46,754 nt of DNA from positions 1-46,754 of the forward strand of contig JAZFTT010000038.1 of the NCBI GenBank assembly GCA_036446835.1, given 5' to 3'. Under the pieces are notes generated by a model, which had not been told where the DNA came from, searched no databases, and saw nothing but the letters and a program-made list of their open reading frames with translations. Source of the stretch: Acidimicrobiia bacterium. Its GTDB lineage: Bacteria; Actinomycetota; Acidimicrobiia; Spongiisociales; ZC4RG35. Positions within the stretch are counted from its first letter, which is position 1; each line of letters begins with the position of its first letter. The translations under genes and the position numbers were made by a program. This document shows positions 16,586 to 26,183 of this stretch, piece after piece.

Positions 16586-17702
16586 CCGGTTGTTGGGTCA
16601 GAGACGGGGGTCTCTCCGCAAACACCCGGTCCACCATCTGCTCAAAGGTTGGCTCGGGCACGTTCTCGGCCCACTCAACAGCCTCCTCGATGACCTCAGA
16701 GGCATTCTTCTCCAGCTCCGTCTGCCACTCCTCGGTCCAGCCCGCGGCCTTCTCGAGAAGTCGTCGAACACGGAGGAGCGGGTCTCGGCCCTCCCAGTCC
16801 CTCGACTCGGCCTCGTCCCGATAACGGGTTGGATCGTCCGCGGTGGTGTGGGGGCCCATCCGATAGGTGACAGCCTCGATCAGACTTGGCCCCTCTCCCT
16901 TTCGAGCCCGATCCGCAGCCTCGCGGACGGCGACCAACACTCCCACTACATCGTTTCCATCGACGCGAACCCCCGGCATCCCGTATCCGTCTGCCTTTGC
17001 GGCGATCGTTTTCGATTTGGTCTGCTCCGCAGTCGGATAGGAGATCGCGTAACCATTGTTCTGACACAGAAAGACCGTCGGCGTCGCGAATACGGCAGCG
17101 AAGTTCATTGCCTCGTGGAAGTCACCCTCTGACGTGGCCCCGTCGCCGAAAGAGGTAAGTGCGATCCTGTTGCTTCCCTGGAGCTTTTCCGCCCATGCCA
17201 GCCCCACAGCATGGATCATGTGGCCGCCCACGGTGATCGACGGTGGCAGTACATTCACGCCCTGGGGCGGCTCTCCGCCGCGCTCGTCTCCTGTTCGACC
17301 CAGGAAAAGCAGACGCCACGGGTAGCCGGCGCGCCAGTTGAGGGCGGCGTCGCGGTAGGTCCCCACAACCCAATCGTCTTCGTGGAGGGCGGCCGCGGCG
17401 CCGATCTGGGCAGCCTCCTGGCCGCGAAACGGCGCGTAGGTGGCCAGTCGCCCTTGACGCTGCATCGCCATAGATTTCTCGTCGTATGTGCGGGCTTCCA
17501 CCATGTCGGCGTACAGATCCCGCATGTCCTCCACTGTTATCGGAAGACGATCACGAACCGATCCATCCGAATTCACCAGTCCAAACATCGAGGGATTCCC
17601 ATCGACCTGAGTCTGCCCTGATGATATGGTGCGCGTCGTCTCGGATGCAGATGGGATGAGGGCCTCGAGACCGCGGCCCAGCCCTGATTTGCGTGAAGTC
17701 AA
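16566..17702 (-). CDS. 2-oxoacid dehydrogenase E1 component, alpha subunit (TPP-dependent), with an unusual N-terminal extension
   Basis: TPP-binding region GDGATSEGDFHEAMNFAAVF...LCQNNGYAIS. The TTG start at 17702 has AAGGAA 6 nt upstream. An internal ATG (MFGLVNSDG, aa 39) is an alternative start. Confidence 0.9.
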   Translation of the reverse strand: MTSRKSGLGRGLEALIPSASETTRTISSGQTQVDGNPSMFGLVNSDGSVRDRLPITVEDMRDLYADMVEARTYDEKSMAMQRQGRLATYAPFRGQEAAQIGAAAALHEDDWVVGTYRDAALNWRAGYPWRLLFLGRTGDERGGEPPQGVNVLPPSITVGGHMIHAVGLAWAEKLQGSNRIALTSFGDGATSEGDFHEAMNFAAVFATPTVFLCQNNGYAISYPTAEQTKSKTIAAKADGYGMPGVRVDGNDVVGVLVAVREAADRARKGEGPSLIEAVTYRMGPHTTADDPTRYRDEAESRDWEGRDPLLRVRRLLEKAAGWTEEWQTELEKNASEVIEEAVEWAENVPEPTFEQMVDRVFAERPPSLTQQPDGVADE

Positions 17703-17807
17703 GCTCGTTCCTTGTACATGAAGTCAGAAGGGGGAGCTTGCGAGCATAAACCGTGTCGGAGGCACCTCAGCTGTGTCCCACCATGCCAGCTCCGCGCAGA
17801 CGACGGC

Positions 17808-20096
17808 TCAGACCCCGGCAGTCTCCGAGTTGAGAATCTCTTCAAGCTCCTCGACCGTCATCAGCACGTCGCGAGCCTTGCTCCCCACTGAGGGCCCCAC
17901 GACGCCCTTCCTCTCCAGGGCATCCATGACCCGGCCGGCGCGGGCAAAACCAATCCTGAGCTTGCGCTGCAACATCGAAGTCGAGCCGAGCTGTGAGCGA
18001 ACAACAAGATCCGTCGCCTGTCTGATCAGGTCGGCGTCGACGTCGTTCTCGTCTTCGGCCTGGGCGGCCGCGACACCGGCAGCCACCTCGAGAACCTCTT
18101 TGTCCTGATAGACGGCTTGGCGCTGTTCTTTGACCCAGTCGACGATCTCGTGGATTTCAGATTCGCGGACCCAAGCGCCTTGAATGCGTTGCGGTCGGGG
18201 CTCCTTGGCGGTCACGACAAGCATGTCGCCCATGCCGATGAGCTTCTCGGCCCCTGAACCGTCGATGATCACCCGGCTGTCGGTCTGGGAGGCAACGCTG
18301 AAGGCAAGACGGCTGGGGATGTTGGCCTTGATGACGCCGGTGATGACGTCAACAGACGGCCGCTGGGTGGCGATGACAAGATGGATGCCGACCGCCCGGG
18401 CCATTTGGGCGATCCGGACGATGGACTCCTCGACCTCGCGGCCGGCCACCATCATCAGATCATTGAGCTCGTCGATGAGGATCACAATGAATGGGAACCG
18501 ATCGAAACCGTCGGGGTCCAGCTCGCCGGCATCCCACTTCTCCCGGTAGCCCTCGATGTCGCGCGACTTGGAGTCGGCGAGTAGGTCGTAGCGCCGGTCC
18601 ATTTCGGCAACGGCCCACTTCAGGGCCTCGTTGGCCTTCTTCGGATGTGTGATGACCCGGGTGAGAAGATGGGGCACGCCGTTGTACTGGCCGAGCTCGA
18701 CACGTTTTGGGTCGACCATGATCAGACGCACGTCATCGGGATGGGTGCACATCAGCAGCGACGTGACGATCGAGTTGATGCAGGATGACTTTCCGGCGCC
18801 AGTGGCGCCGGCGATCAGGACGTGAGGCAGCTCGGCGAGGTCGAGAAACTTCGGTTGTCCTGAGATGTCCATGCCCAGACCGACCGACAGCAGTCCACCG
18901 TCACCGGTCTGTCTGTTCGAGAGTATGTCGCCGAGAGAGACGAGACGACGTTTCAGGTTCGGCACTTCGACGCCGATCGCTGACTTGCCGGGGATGGGCA
19001 CCAGGATCCTCACATCGGGTGTCGCCAGGGCGTAGGCGATGTCATGGGAGAGACTGGAGACCCGGTTGACCTTCACGCCGGGAGCGAGTTCGATCTCATA
19101 CCGGGTGACGGTGGGGCCGGGGACGATCTTGGTGAGCGTGGCGTCCACGCCGTGTTGGACAAGGGTGTCCTCGAGTTGGCGTGCGGTTTCCTCGAGGGAG
19201 CGCTTGCTCACCTCTCCACCGGTACCTCCTTCCAACAGATGAATCGGAGGCAACTGGTAGTCAGACTTTGTGAGGTCGATGGTCCGGGCCAACGGCGTAT
19301 CCGCTCTTCTCGTCCCGGTTGCGGCCCCGTCATCTGCTCGCTGATCTATCCTCGGGCGAGCGTGCTCGGGACGACCGCTCCTGATTTGCTTCGGACCTGC
19401 AACGGAAGGAACGGCCACAGCGACGTCTGGTTTCTTGTTCGCAGCTTTGGCGACGAACACCGAACCCGCCCAACGTCGAAGCGACTTCCACATGTCCCTG
19501 ATCCCATGAAAGAGCTCACGAACAGTGGTCGAGGTCATGATTAGCACACCCATCCCGATGACTGCGGCGAGGACGACAAAGGCACCCCAGCTGCCGAGGA
19601 CCCTGCGCAGGGGGAAAGCGATCAGCGCTCCAACCGCTCCACCGCGATCCTGCACCAGTTCGATGTTGGGCCGGAGGGCCATAGCCCCGGTGAGCAGGTG
19701 GAAAAGGGCAAGGGTTCCTACAAAGGTGGTTATTCCGCCGACGACCAATCGACGGGCGCCCTCACGTGGCTTGCCGATGATGAGAGCTACACCGACGCCT
19801 GTCAGAGCAACGGGAAGAGCAAACCGCCACACACCAAACAGAAAGACGGACCCCGACTCCATTCCGTCACCAATCGGTCCGGCCCGACCGAAGAAGGCCA
19901 GTGTGACCAGGATGGCGAGCACGACAAGAACAAGACCCCAGACGTCATCTGTCTGACGGCCCAGCGTCGAGCGCACCGAGTCACGAAAGGCGGCCAGCTT
20001 CTGCCGGATCGCACCTCGAGGTGCTTTCTTGTTCTTGTTCGACTGGGACACCCGTCTCCGCCCGGATCCCTTCCGGGTGGGTGTCCGGATTGCCAT
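17808..20096 (-). CDS. ftsK: DNA translocase FtsK/SpoIIIE
   Basis: N-terminal TM segments, Walker A GATGAGKS, motor domain, and a C-terminal gamma winged-helix domain (MLQRKLRIGFARAGRVMDALE). Confidence 0.95.
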   Translation of the reverse strand: MAIRTPTRKGSGRRRVSQSNKNKKAPRGAIRQKLAAFRDSVRSTLGRQTDDVWGLVLVVLAILVTLAFFGRAGPIGDGMESGSVFLFGVWRFALPVALTGVGVALIIGKPREGARRLVVGGITTFVGTLALFHLLTGAMALRPNIELVQDRGGAVGALIAFPLRRVLGSWGAFVVLAAVIGMGVLIMTSTTVRELFHGIRDMWKSLRRWAGSVFVAKAANKKPDVAVAVPSVAGPKQIRSGRPEHARPRIDQRADDGAATGTRRADTPLARTIDLTKSDYQLPPIHLLEGGTGGEVSKRSLEETARQLEDTLVQHGVDATLTKIVPGPTVTRYEIELAPGVKVNRVSSLSHDIAYALATPDVRILVPIPGKSAIGVEVPNLKRRLVSLGDILSNRQTGDGGLLSVGLGMDISGQPKFLDLAELPHVLIAGATGAGKSSCINSIVTSLLMCTHPDDVRLIMVDPKRVELGQYNGVPHLLTRVITHPKKANEALKWAVAEMDRRYDLLADSKSRDIEGYREKWDAGELDPDGFDRFPFIVILIDELNDLMMVAGREVEESIVRIAQMARAVGIHLVIATQRPSVDVITGVIKANIPSRLAFSVASQTDSRVIIDGSGAEKLIGMGDMLVVTAKEPRPQRIQGAWVRESEIHEIVDWVKEQRQAVYQDKEVLEVAAGVAAAQAEDENDVDADLIRQATDLVVRSQLGSTSMLQRKLRIGFARAGRVMDALERKGVVGPSVGSKARDVLMTVEELEEILNSETAGV

Positions 20097-20143
20097 GTGG
20101 ATCCAGACAATACCCGGAGTTTCGATTGAGTACGGTGCAATCG

Positions 20144-20833
20144 ATGCCGGCCCCGATGATTCCCTACGAGTTCGAGCGACTGGACCCGGTCAGCCAGCTC
20201 GACCGCGCCAACAGTTTCTACGAAGAAATGGACAGCCGACGCAGTGTTCGCTTCTTCTCGGACGACCCGGTGCCTCGGGAGTTGGTCGAAGAGGCCATCC
20301 GCACCGCCTCCACGGCCCCCTCAGGTGCGCACCGGCAACCATGGCGTTTTGTGGTGACCGGTGACCCTGAGGTGAAGCGTCAGATTCGTGTAGCTGCCGA
20401 GGAAGAGGAACGGATCAACTACGAGGAGGGCAGGCTGCCCCTTCACTGGCGCGAAGCGCTCGAGCCCTTGGGCACCGACTGGCGCAAGGAGTTTCTCCAG
20501 GCCGTTCCCTGGGTCGTGGTCATCTTCGAGGAGCGATACGGCGTGAACCCTGACGGCTCCAGGCAGCACAATTTCTACGTCAAGGAGTCGGCAGGGATAG
20601 CCGCGGGCATCTTCATCACGGCTCTACATCACATGGGCCTGGCCACTCTCACCCACACACCCAGTCCGATGGCTTTTCTGACGAAACTGCTGGGGCGTCC
20701 GGAAAACGAGCGCCCGTTCGCCATGTTCCCCATCGGCTACCCGGCCGACGATTGCGTGGTGCCCGACCTGAGACGGAAGAGCCTCGACGAGGTGATGGTG
20801 GAGGTCGGCGAGGCCCCAAATAGACGAACCTGA
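20144..20833 (+). CDS. Nitroreductase-family flavoprotein (iodotyrosine-dehalogenase-like subgroup)
   Basis: FYEEMDSRRSVRFF...APSGAHRQPWRFVV. Start chosen at MPAPMIPYEF. The longer ORF overlaps the ftsK 5' end. Confidence 0.8.
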   Translation: MPAPMIPYEFERLDPVSQLDRANSFYEEMDSRRSVRFFSDDPVPRELVEEAIRTASTAPSGAHRQPWRFVVTGDPEVKRQIRVAAEEEERINYEEGRLPLHWREALEPLGTDWRKEFLQAVPWVVVIFEERYGVNPDGSRQHNFYVKESAGIAAGIFITALHHMGLATLTHTPSPMAFLTKLLGRPENERPFAMFPIGYPADDCVVPDLRRKSLDEVMVEVGEAPNRRT

Positions 20834-20875
20834 GGTAGTTACGCCCATATATGGGCGTAACTACCTCAGGTTCGT
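20824..20875. terminator. 52-nt perfect palindrome between convergent genes (bidirectional terminator candidate)
   Basis: ACGAACCTGAGGTAGTTACGCCCATAT|ATATGGGCGTAACTACCTCAGGTTCGT. Every position from 20824 to 20875 pairs. The nitroreductase stop (20831-20833) lies inside the left arm, and the rnj stop is at 20880. Confidence 0.7.
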
Positions 20876-20879
20876 GGTT

Positions 20880-22514
20880 TTAGAGTTCCATGATGACCGG
20901 CACGATCACCGGTTTGCGTGCGGTTTCGGCGCGAAAGATGCGGCCGGTTGCCTGACGGACCCTCTTTTGCAACTCGGCGTGATCGGTGCGACCGGTCTTG
21001 TGCTCCCCGATCGCCGCCCTCACCGCGTCTGCGGCCTTGGCCAGGACCGCGCTCGGGTCGTCCATGACCCCGTGGCTGTCCATGTCAGGCCCGTAGAGAA
21101 GCTTGCCCGTATCATGGGCTACTCCGACCGTGACCACCACCACCCCGTCGTCGGCAAGGTGAGACCGGTCACGAAGAACCGCATTCTGGACGTCTCCCAC
21201 GGCTGACCCGTCGAGATAGACGTAGCCGGCGGGCACCGCCCTCCGCTTCACCGTTGTCTTCTTTCCCTCGATGGTGATCCGGTCGCCGTCCTCGAGGACT
21301 TCGACCGTCTTCACACCCATGACCTTCGCCAGCTCGGAGTGGGCATGAAGATGGCGGTACTCCCCGTGAATCGGTACGAAAGCCCTGGGGCGAAGGATAT
21401 TGAGGTAGGTGAGCAGCTCTTCTCGCGCGGCGTGTCCTGACACATGGACATGGGAGTTACGCCCGTGGACAACCGTAGCCCCGCGCCGTATGAGATTTGA
21501 GATCACCTTGGACACCGCAGTCTCGTTTCCCGGGATCGGCTTGGCCGAGATGAGAACGGTGTCGGTTCCATCGAGTTCGACATACTTGTGTCTGCCCTGT
21601 GACATCAGCGAGAGGGCGGCAAACGGCTCCCCCTGGCTCCCCGTGGTTATGAGCAGTTGTCGGTCGTCTGCCAGATCGACAAGCTCTTTGATGTCGACGA
21701 CCGATCCTTCGGGGATATCGAGAACGCCCAGGTCGGTGGCGATCGTGGTGTTGCGGTGCATCGAGCGACCGAAGAACGCGATTTTTCTTCCAGCGGCAAC
21801 ACCTGCATCTGCGATCTGCTGGACCCGGTGGATGTGTGACGAGAAACAGGCGGCGATGACCCGTCCGGGGGCATCGCGGACCACATCGGCGATCGGTTGC
21901 CCAACCGAGCTCTCCGAAGGCTCGAAACCCTCTTTCTCGGCGTTGGTGGAGTCGGAAAGGAGAAGTCTCACCCCTCGACGACCCAACGCCGCGAAAGCCG
22001 GCAGGTCGGTTGGTCGCCCGTCGATGGGTGTGGGGTCCAGCTTGAAGTCGCCCGAGTGCACGACGATGCCCTCCGGTGTCTCCAAAGCCACGGCCGATGC
22101 CTCCGGGACCGAATGGCTCACGGGAATGAGCATGAAGCGGAACGGCCCGTGATCTATCCACTTGCTGCGCGAAATGGTTCGGAGATCCGACTCGACGCCC
22201 AACTCGTCGACACGGCCGCTCGCCATCTCCATCGTCAGCCTGGACCCGTACACCGGGACCTGGATGTCCCTGAGGAAGTAGGCGAGAGCCCCCACGTGAT
22301 CCTCGTGACCGTGGGTGATGATCACGCATTCGACATCCCTCTTCCGCTTGGTCAGCCAGGACCAATCCGGAAAAACCAGATCGACACCCAACATGTCCTC
22401 CTCCGGAAACATCAGACCGACATCGATGAGTGCGATCTTTCCTTCGATCTCGATGGCGGCGCAATTGCGGCCGATCTCTCCGAGACCTCCCAGGAATGTG
22501 ATCGAGACGCTCAT
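20880..22514 (-). CDS. rnj: Ribonuclease J
   Basis: Metallo-beta-lactamase motif THGHEDHVGA with beta-CASP layout. 544 aa. Its ATG overlaps the dapA stop (ATGA), matching the conserved actinobacterial dapA-rnj pair. Confidence 0.95.
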   Translation of the reverse strand: MSVSITFLGGLGEIGRNCAAIEIEGKIALIDVGLMFPEEDMLGVDLVFPDWSWLTKRKRDVECVIITHGHEDHVGALAYFLRDIQVPVYGSRLTMEMASGRVDELGVESDLRTISRSKWIDHGPFRFMLIPVSHSVPEASAVALETPEGIVVHSGDFKLDPTPIDGRPTDLPAFAALGRRGVRLLLSDSTNAEKEGFEPSESSVGQPIADVVRDAPGRVIAACFSSHIHRVQQIADAGVAAGRKIAFFGRSMHRNTTIATDLGVLDIPEGSVVDIKELVDLADDRQLLITTGSQGEPFAALSLMSQGRHKYVELDGTDTVLISAKPIPGNETAVSKVISNLIRRGATVVHGRNSHVHVSGHAAREELLTYLNILRPRAFVPIHGEYRHLHAHSELAKVMGVKTVEVLEDGDRITIEGKKTTVKRRAVPAGYVYLDGSAVGDVQNAVLRDRSHLADDGVVVVTVGVAHDTGKLLYGPDMDSHGVMDDPSAVLAKAADAVRAAIGEHKTGRTDHAELQKRVRQATGRIFRAETARKPVIVPVIMEL

Positions 22515-23467
22515 AGGCCCTGAAGCGCCCCCAGTGCCTTCTCGATGACGGCAAGCGTGTCGGCAGAAGCGTTGACGAGAGGCAGCCTCACGTCACCGAC
22601 GGGCTCCCAGAACGAGTTCATGGCTCCCTTCACAGGTGTCGGGTTGGTTTCGAGGAAACACGCCTCGCACAAAGGCATGAGATCGTTGTGAAGACGTCTT
22701 GCCTCCGGCCAATCATCGGATTGGGTTGCGCTGATCATTGCTTTGATGACTCTCCCTGCGAGATGGGAGACCACCGAGACGACGCCGACAGCGCCCACCG
22801 CGAGCATGGGGAGCGTGAAGCTGTCCTGACCCGAGTAGACCGGAAGACTGGGGACACGCTGGATAGTCGCCGAAGTGAACTCGAGGTCGAGCACGGCGTC
22901 TTTCACCGCAACCACGCCAGGATACCTGGACAGCGTAGTCAGTGTCTCCAATTCGATGAGGGACCCGGTTCGTCCCGGGATGTTGTAGAGCATCACCGGC
23001 ACGCCGACATCGGCGATCGCGGTGAAATGGGCGATCAAACCTGTCTGAGAAGGCTTGTTGTAATAGGGGGTCACTGCGAGGACACCATCGACACCGGTTT
23101 CCTGCGCCCGTTGTGTCATCTCGATGGAGTGGGCGGTGTCGTAGGTTCCGGTGCCGGCAATGACCCGAGCGTCTTTTTCTTTCACTGCTTCGACGACGGT
23201 CCGATACAGGGCGATCTTCTCGTCGTCGGAAAGAGTTGGGGACTCCCCCGTCGTGCCGGTGACCACCAGTGTGTCTGTTCCCTGGTCCGAGAGATATCTG
23301 GCCAAACGCCAGGCGGTCTCATGATCCACTTCTCCCGATGAGGCGAAGGGCGTGATCATCGCCGTGGCCAGATGGCCGAACGGTGCGGATATTGTGTTGG
23401 TCACATCCACCACGTTACCGGCTGACCAACGAGAAACCCTCACCCAAGAGAACCGTTCCCGAGACAT
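22511..23467 (-). CDS. dapA: 4-hydroxy-tetrahydrodipicolinate synthase
   Basis: FGHLATAMITPF...TGTTGESPTLS...NIPGRTG... The start is uncertain: ATG at 23467, or one of the GTGs at 23404-23413. Confidence 0.9.
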   Translation of the reverse strand: MSRERFSWVRVSRWSAGNVVDVTNTISAPFGHLATAMITPFASSGEVDHETAWRLARYLSDQGTDTLVVTGTTGESPTLSDDEKIALYRTVVEAVKEKDARVIAGTGTYDTAHSIEMTQRAQETGVDGVLAVTPYYNKPSQTGLIAHFTAIADVGVPVMLYNIPGRTGSLIELETLTTLSRYPGVVAVKDAVLDLEFTSATIQRVPSLPVYSGQDSFTLPMLAVGAVGVVSVVSHLAGRVIKAMISATQSDDWPEARRLHNDLMPLCEACFLETNPTPVKGAMNSFWEPVGDVRLPLVNASADTLAVIEKALGALQGL

Positions 23468-23525
23468 GGCGCGTCGTAATGAACTTTCGCGCGTACAGAA
23501 GGCCTCCACTCGAAAGGACCCAACA

Positions 23526-24035
23526 ATGACCAAGCAGTATGACTCTCCGCCCGAGCTGACCATCGAGCTCGACAAGACCTACACGGCCACCCTGGAAACC
23601 AATCACGGTGAGGTGGTCATCGAACTCGACGCCGTCCGCTCACCGCAGACCGTGAACAACTTCGTCTTCCTCGCCCGGGACGGCTTCTACGACGGCGTCA
23701 TCTTCCACCGTGTGATCGAAGGTTTCATGATTCAGGGTGGCGACCCGACCGGAACAGGCCGCGGTGGGCCCGGATACAAGTTTCGCGACGAAATCGAAGG
23801 TGCCGCCAGCTACGACCGCGGGGTGGTTGCAATGGCCAACTCCGGACCGCACACCAACGGCAGCCAGTTCTTCATATGCCACGGTGACGCGGGGCTGCCA
23901 CACAGCTACACGATCTTTGGCAAAGTCGACTCGGGATTGGAGATTGTCGACTCGATCGCTGCTATAGCAACAGACCGGAGCGACCGGCCTCACGACGATG
24001 TCGTCATCAACAAGGTGACGATCAGGGAAAGCTGA
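23526..24035 (+). CDS. Peptidyl-prolyl cis-trans isomerase, cyclophilin type
   Basis: FHRVIEGFMIQGGDP...MANSGPHTNGSQFFI. Start chosen at MTKQYDSPPEL. Confidence 0.9.
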   Translation: MTKQYDSPPELTIELDKTYTATLETNHGEVVIELDAVRSPQTVNNFVFLARDGFYDGVIFHRVIEGFMIQGGDPTGTGRGGPGYKFRDEIEGAASYDRGVVAMANSGPHTNGSQFFICHGDAGLPHSYTIFGKVDSGLEIVDSIAAIATDRSDRPHDDVVINKVTIRES

Positions 24036-24049
24036 GCGAGAAGCAGCCG

Positions 24050-24979
24050 CTATCTGTGAAAGAACGGTGTGGCGATGGGCTCGTATTCGTCCGAGAGACT
24101 GTCGGTCAAGCGATCCGCCACCACACCAGATTCTTCGAACAACCTGAGAACCTCGGTGGGGTCCCGCTGAGCATTCGCCGCGGTGATGGCCACTGCCGTC
24201 TGATATTGCTCTTCGAAATACCGGACGAAAGCAGCGTTGTCTTCTACGAATTCGGAGGGCGGGTTGAGTTCAGCCATCCTCTCACCGGTGTCCTTCAGGG
24301 CCTTTTCGATATAGGACTGAACCTCGTTGAGTCTGACAGCTCGTTCCTCGGGTGAGAGATCCGGAGGGAAACCGAAGAAACCCTGGGTGTCCAGGGTGAA
24401 CCGGCGTAGAGCTTCATGGGCGTCTAACCCATACTGGCCTCCAGGCAGTCCATCGCCGGCAACGCAAAGTGCGCCTTCGTCAATTTGTCCAAATGCGAGG
24501 CAGAAGTCCCGGCTTGCATTTAACGCCAGGACGCTGACGCGCCGTAACATCGCATCATTCACCCCTAGTACCTCTTCCAGGTCTTGTTTCTCCAGGGCGG
24601 CAATCAACTCATCGGCCAGAGCGACAATCGCTATCCGATACTCGATCCATACCTGATGGTCCCTTTCGAACTCCTCAGGTGGTGACAATGCGTCGGCCCT
24701 GACAAGGGCACTCTCCGAAGCACCCGGTATCCCCGCGTCGGCGATCGCTGTCAGCAAAGCCTCGCGTGTCTGGTAGACCTGTTGCATCCTCTGATCGATG
24801 CTTTCAAAGACTGCGCCGAAGTTGCTGGAGATCTCGGCAACTGCCTCCAGATAGGCCTCGGCCTCCTCGCTGATCTCCGAGCCTGCGGGGTCGGCGGAAC
24901 CAGTGCCGCAGGCGGAAACCACAATCGCCATCGCGGCAACCAGTGCGATGAACGCTCCTCTCTGACCTGCTTCCAGCAT
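24050..24979 (-). CDS. Hypothetical lipoprotein
   Basis: Signal peptide plus lipobox AIVVSAC-GTGS. There is an internal duplication of an L-x-PP-x-EF...Y motif. No recognised family. Confidence 0.6.
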   Translation of the reverse strand: MLEAGQRGAFIALVAAMAIVVSACGTGSADPAGSEISEEAEAYLEAVAEISSNFGAVFESIDQRMQQVYQTREALLTAIADAGIPGASESALVRADALSPPEEFERDHQVWIEYRIAIVALADELIAALEKQDLEEVLGVNDAMLRRVSVLALNASRDFCLAFGQIDEGALCVAGDGLPGGQYGLDAHEALRRFTLDTQGFFGFPPDLSPEERAVRLNEVQSYIEKALKDTGERMAELNPPSEFVEDNAAFVRYFEEQYQTAVAITAANAQRDPTEVLRLFEESGVVADRLTDSLSDEYEPIATPFFHR

Positions 24980-25095
24980 CGATGTCACAATACGAAGCAC
25001 TATCGGCAACCCAGCCCTCCTGTGTCGCAATGACGACACACAATCCCACTCGACAACGCAGGCGCGCCGACAGTCATTCCTTAGGATCGACGACC

Positions 25096-25500
25096 ATGAG
25101 ACCCACTCCAGGGGATTCCGCCAATCGCACCAAGCTGGTCACCGAACGAGACATCGAGCTGTTCACCGAGATCACCGGTGATCGGAACCCACTTCACTAC
25201 GACGAAACGCTCGCCGGACAATCACGATTCGGAGGAATCGTGGTCCAGGGAGGGGTCACCAGCGGTTTGCTCAACGCGGTGGTTGCCGAGGATCTGCCCG
25301 GACCTGGCTCGGTGTTCCTCAACGTCAACTGGAATTTCCGTTCACCCGTGAAGCCGGGCGACACGATCACCGCTCGGGTCGAGGTGGTGAAGACGCGCAA
25401 GGACAAGCCGATGACAACACTCGATTGTCTGATCACGAATCAGGACGACGTGGTAGTGCTCGACGGCACAGCACTTGTCTGGACCGAGCCGCTCGGCTGA
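25096..25500 (+). CDS. MaoC-like (R)-specific enoyl-CoA hydratase / hot-dog fold dehydratase
   Basis: FTEITGDRNPLHYDE...GGIVVQGGVTSGLL, about 134 aa. Confidence 0.85.
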   Translation: MRPTPGDSANRTKLVTERDIELFTEITGDRNPLHYDETLAGQSRFGGIVVQGGVTSGLLNAVVAEDLPGPGSVFLNVNWNFRSPVKPGDTITARVEVVKTRKDKPMTTLDCLITNQDDVVVLDGTALVWTEPLG

Positions 25501-25519
25501 GATCTTCCCCAGACCCTCT

Positions 25520-26149
25520 TCAACCGAGAAGCCTCGGATTCTGGGTGTAGATGCCGGTGACGCTGGCCTCGGCCAGGGCGCGTCTTTTGATCTCCTTCCT
25601 CACGTCATGACCTCTGAAGTCGCCAAAGACCAGCAACGAACTCACATTGAGCGCGAAGAGGGTGAAGACATAATGATGAACGATGCTGTCGTTCCACGGG
25701 GGAGCCGGCCCGTCGTACCCGTAGTAACTGCCCTTCATGTCGGGGTCTTGGGCAAACCAGCCGGTGAAGTCGTTCAACCCCTGCTTGGTGCCATGCGGGC
25801 CGTCGGACGCCCGCTTGCCGCCTACGACGACACCGTCGGCGAACTCGGCTTCGGCGATGGCACGAAGATCGTCAGGCAGATCTACGAGAACCCAATGGAA
25901 GAAATCGATACGAGCCAGATCAGCCGGGACCTCACGATCCTCCTGGTTGACATCGTCTCCAACACTGGGCACGTCGGGGTCGTGACAGATCAACGCAAAT
26001 GACTTCGTTCCGTCGGGCACGTCCTCCCAGAACAAAGCCGGGTTGACATTTTCCGAGAAGACGACGTGCGTGTCCCGGTCGGCCTTGGCAAAGGCATAAC
26101 GAGATGGGATAACACCACCTTCTTCGAAGCTGCTGGTTGAGAGACGCAC
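25520..26149 (-). CDS. YbhB/YbcL-family PEBP (Raf kinase inhibitor-like) protein
   Basis: FALICHDPDVPS...FFHWVLVDLP...YYGYDGPAPPW...HHYVFTLFAL. Confidence 0.85.
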   Translation of the reverse strand: MRLSTSSFEEGGVIPSRYAFAKADRDTHVVFSENVNPALFWEDVPDGTKSFALICHDPDVPSVGDDVNQEDREVPADLARIDFFHWVLVDLPDDLRAIAEAEFADGVVVGGKRASDGPHGTKQGLNDFTGWFAQDPDMKGSYYGYDGPAPPWNDSIVHHYVFTLFALNVSSLLVFGDFRGHDVRKEIKRRALAEASVTGIYTQNPRLLG

Positions 26150-26183
26150 CCACTGACCCTACCCGGTGGCCGCCGCGGACCGA

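Noticed and set aside
21457-22554. 365-aa minus-strand ORF in an alternative frame of rnj (also 14500..15423 and 15791..16693 antisense to E2/E1 beta)
   Set aside because: These have Arg/Gly/Pro-rich shadow-frame composition. The overlapping frames encode RNase J and the dehydrogenase subunits with full motif complements.
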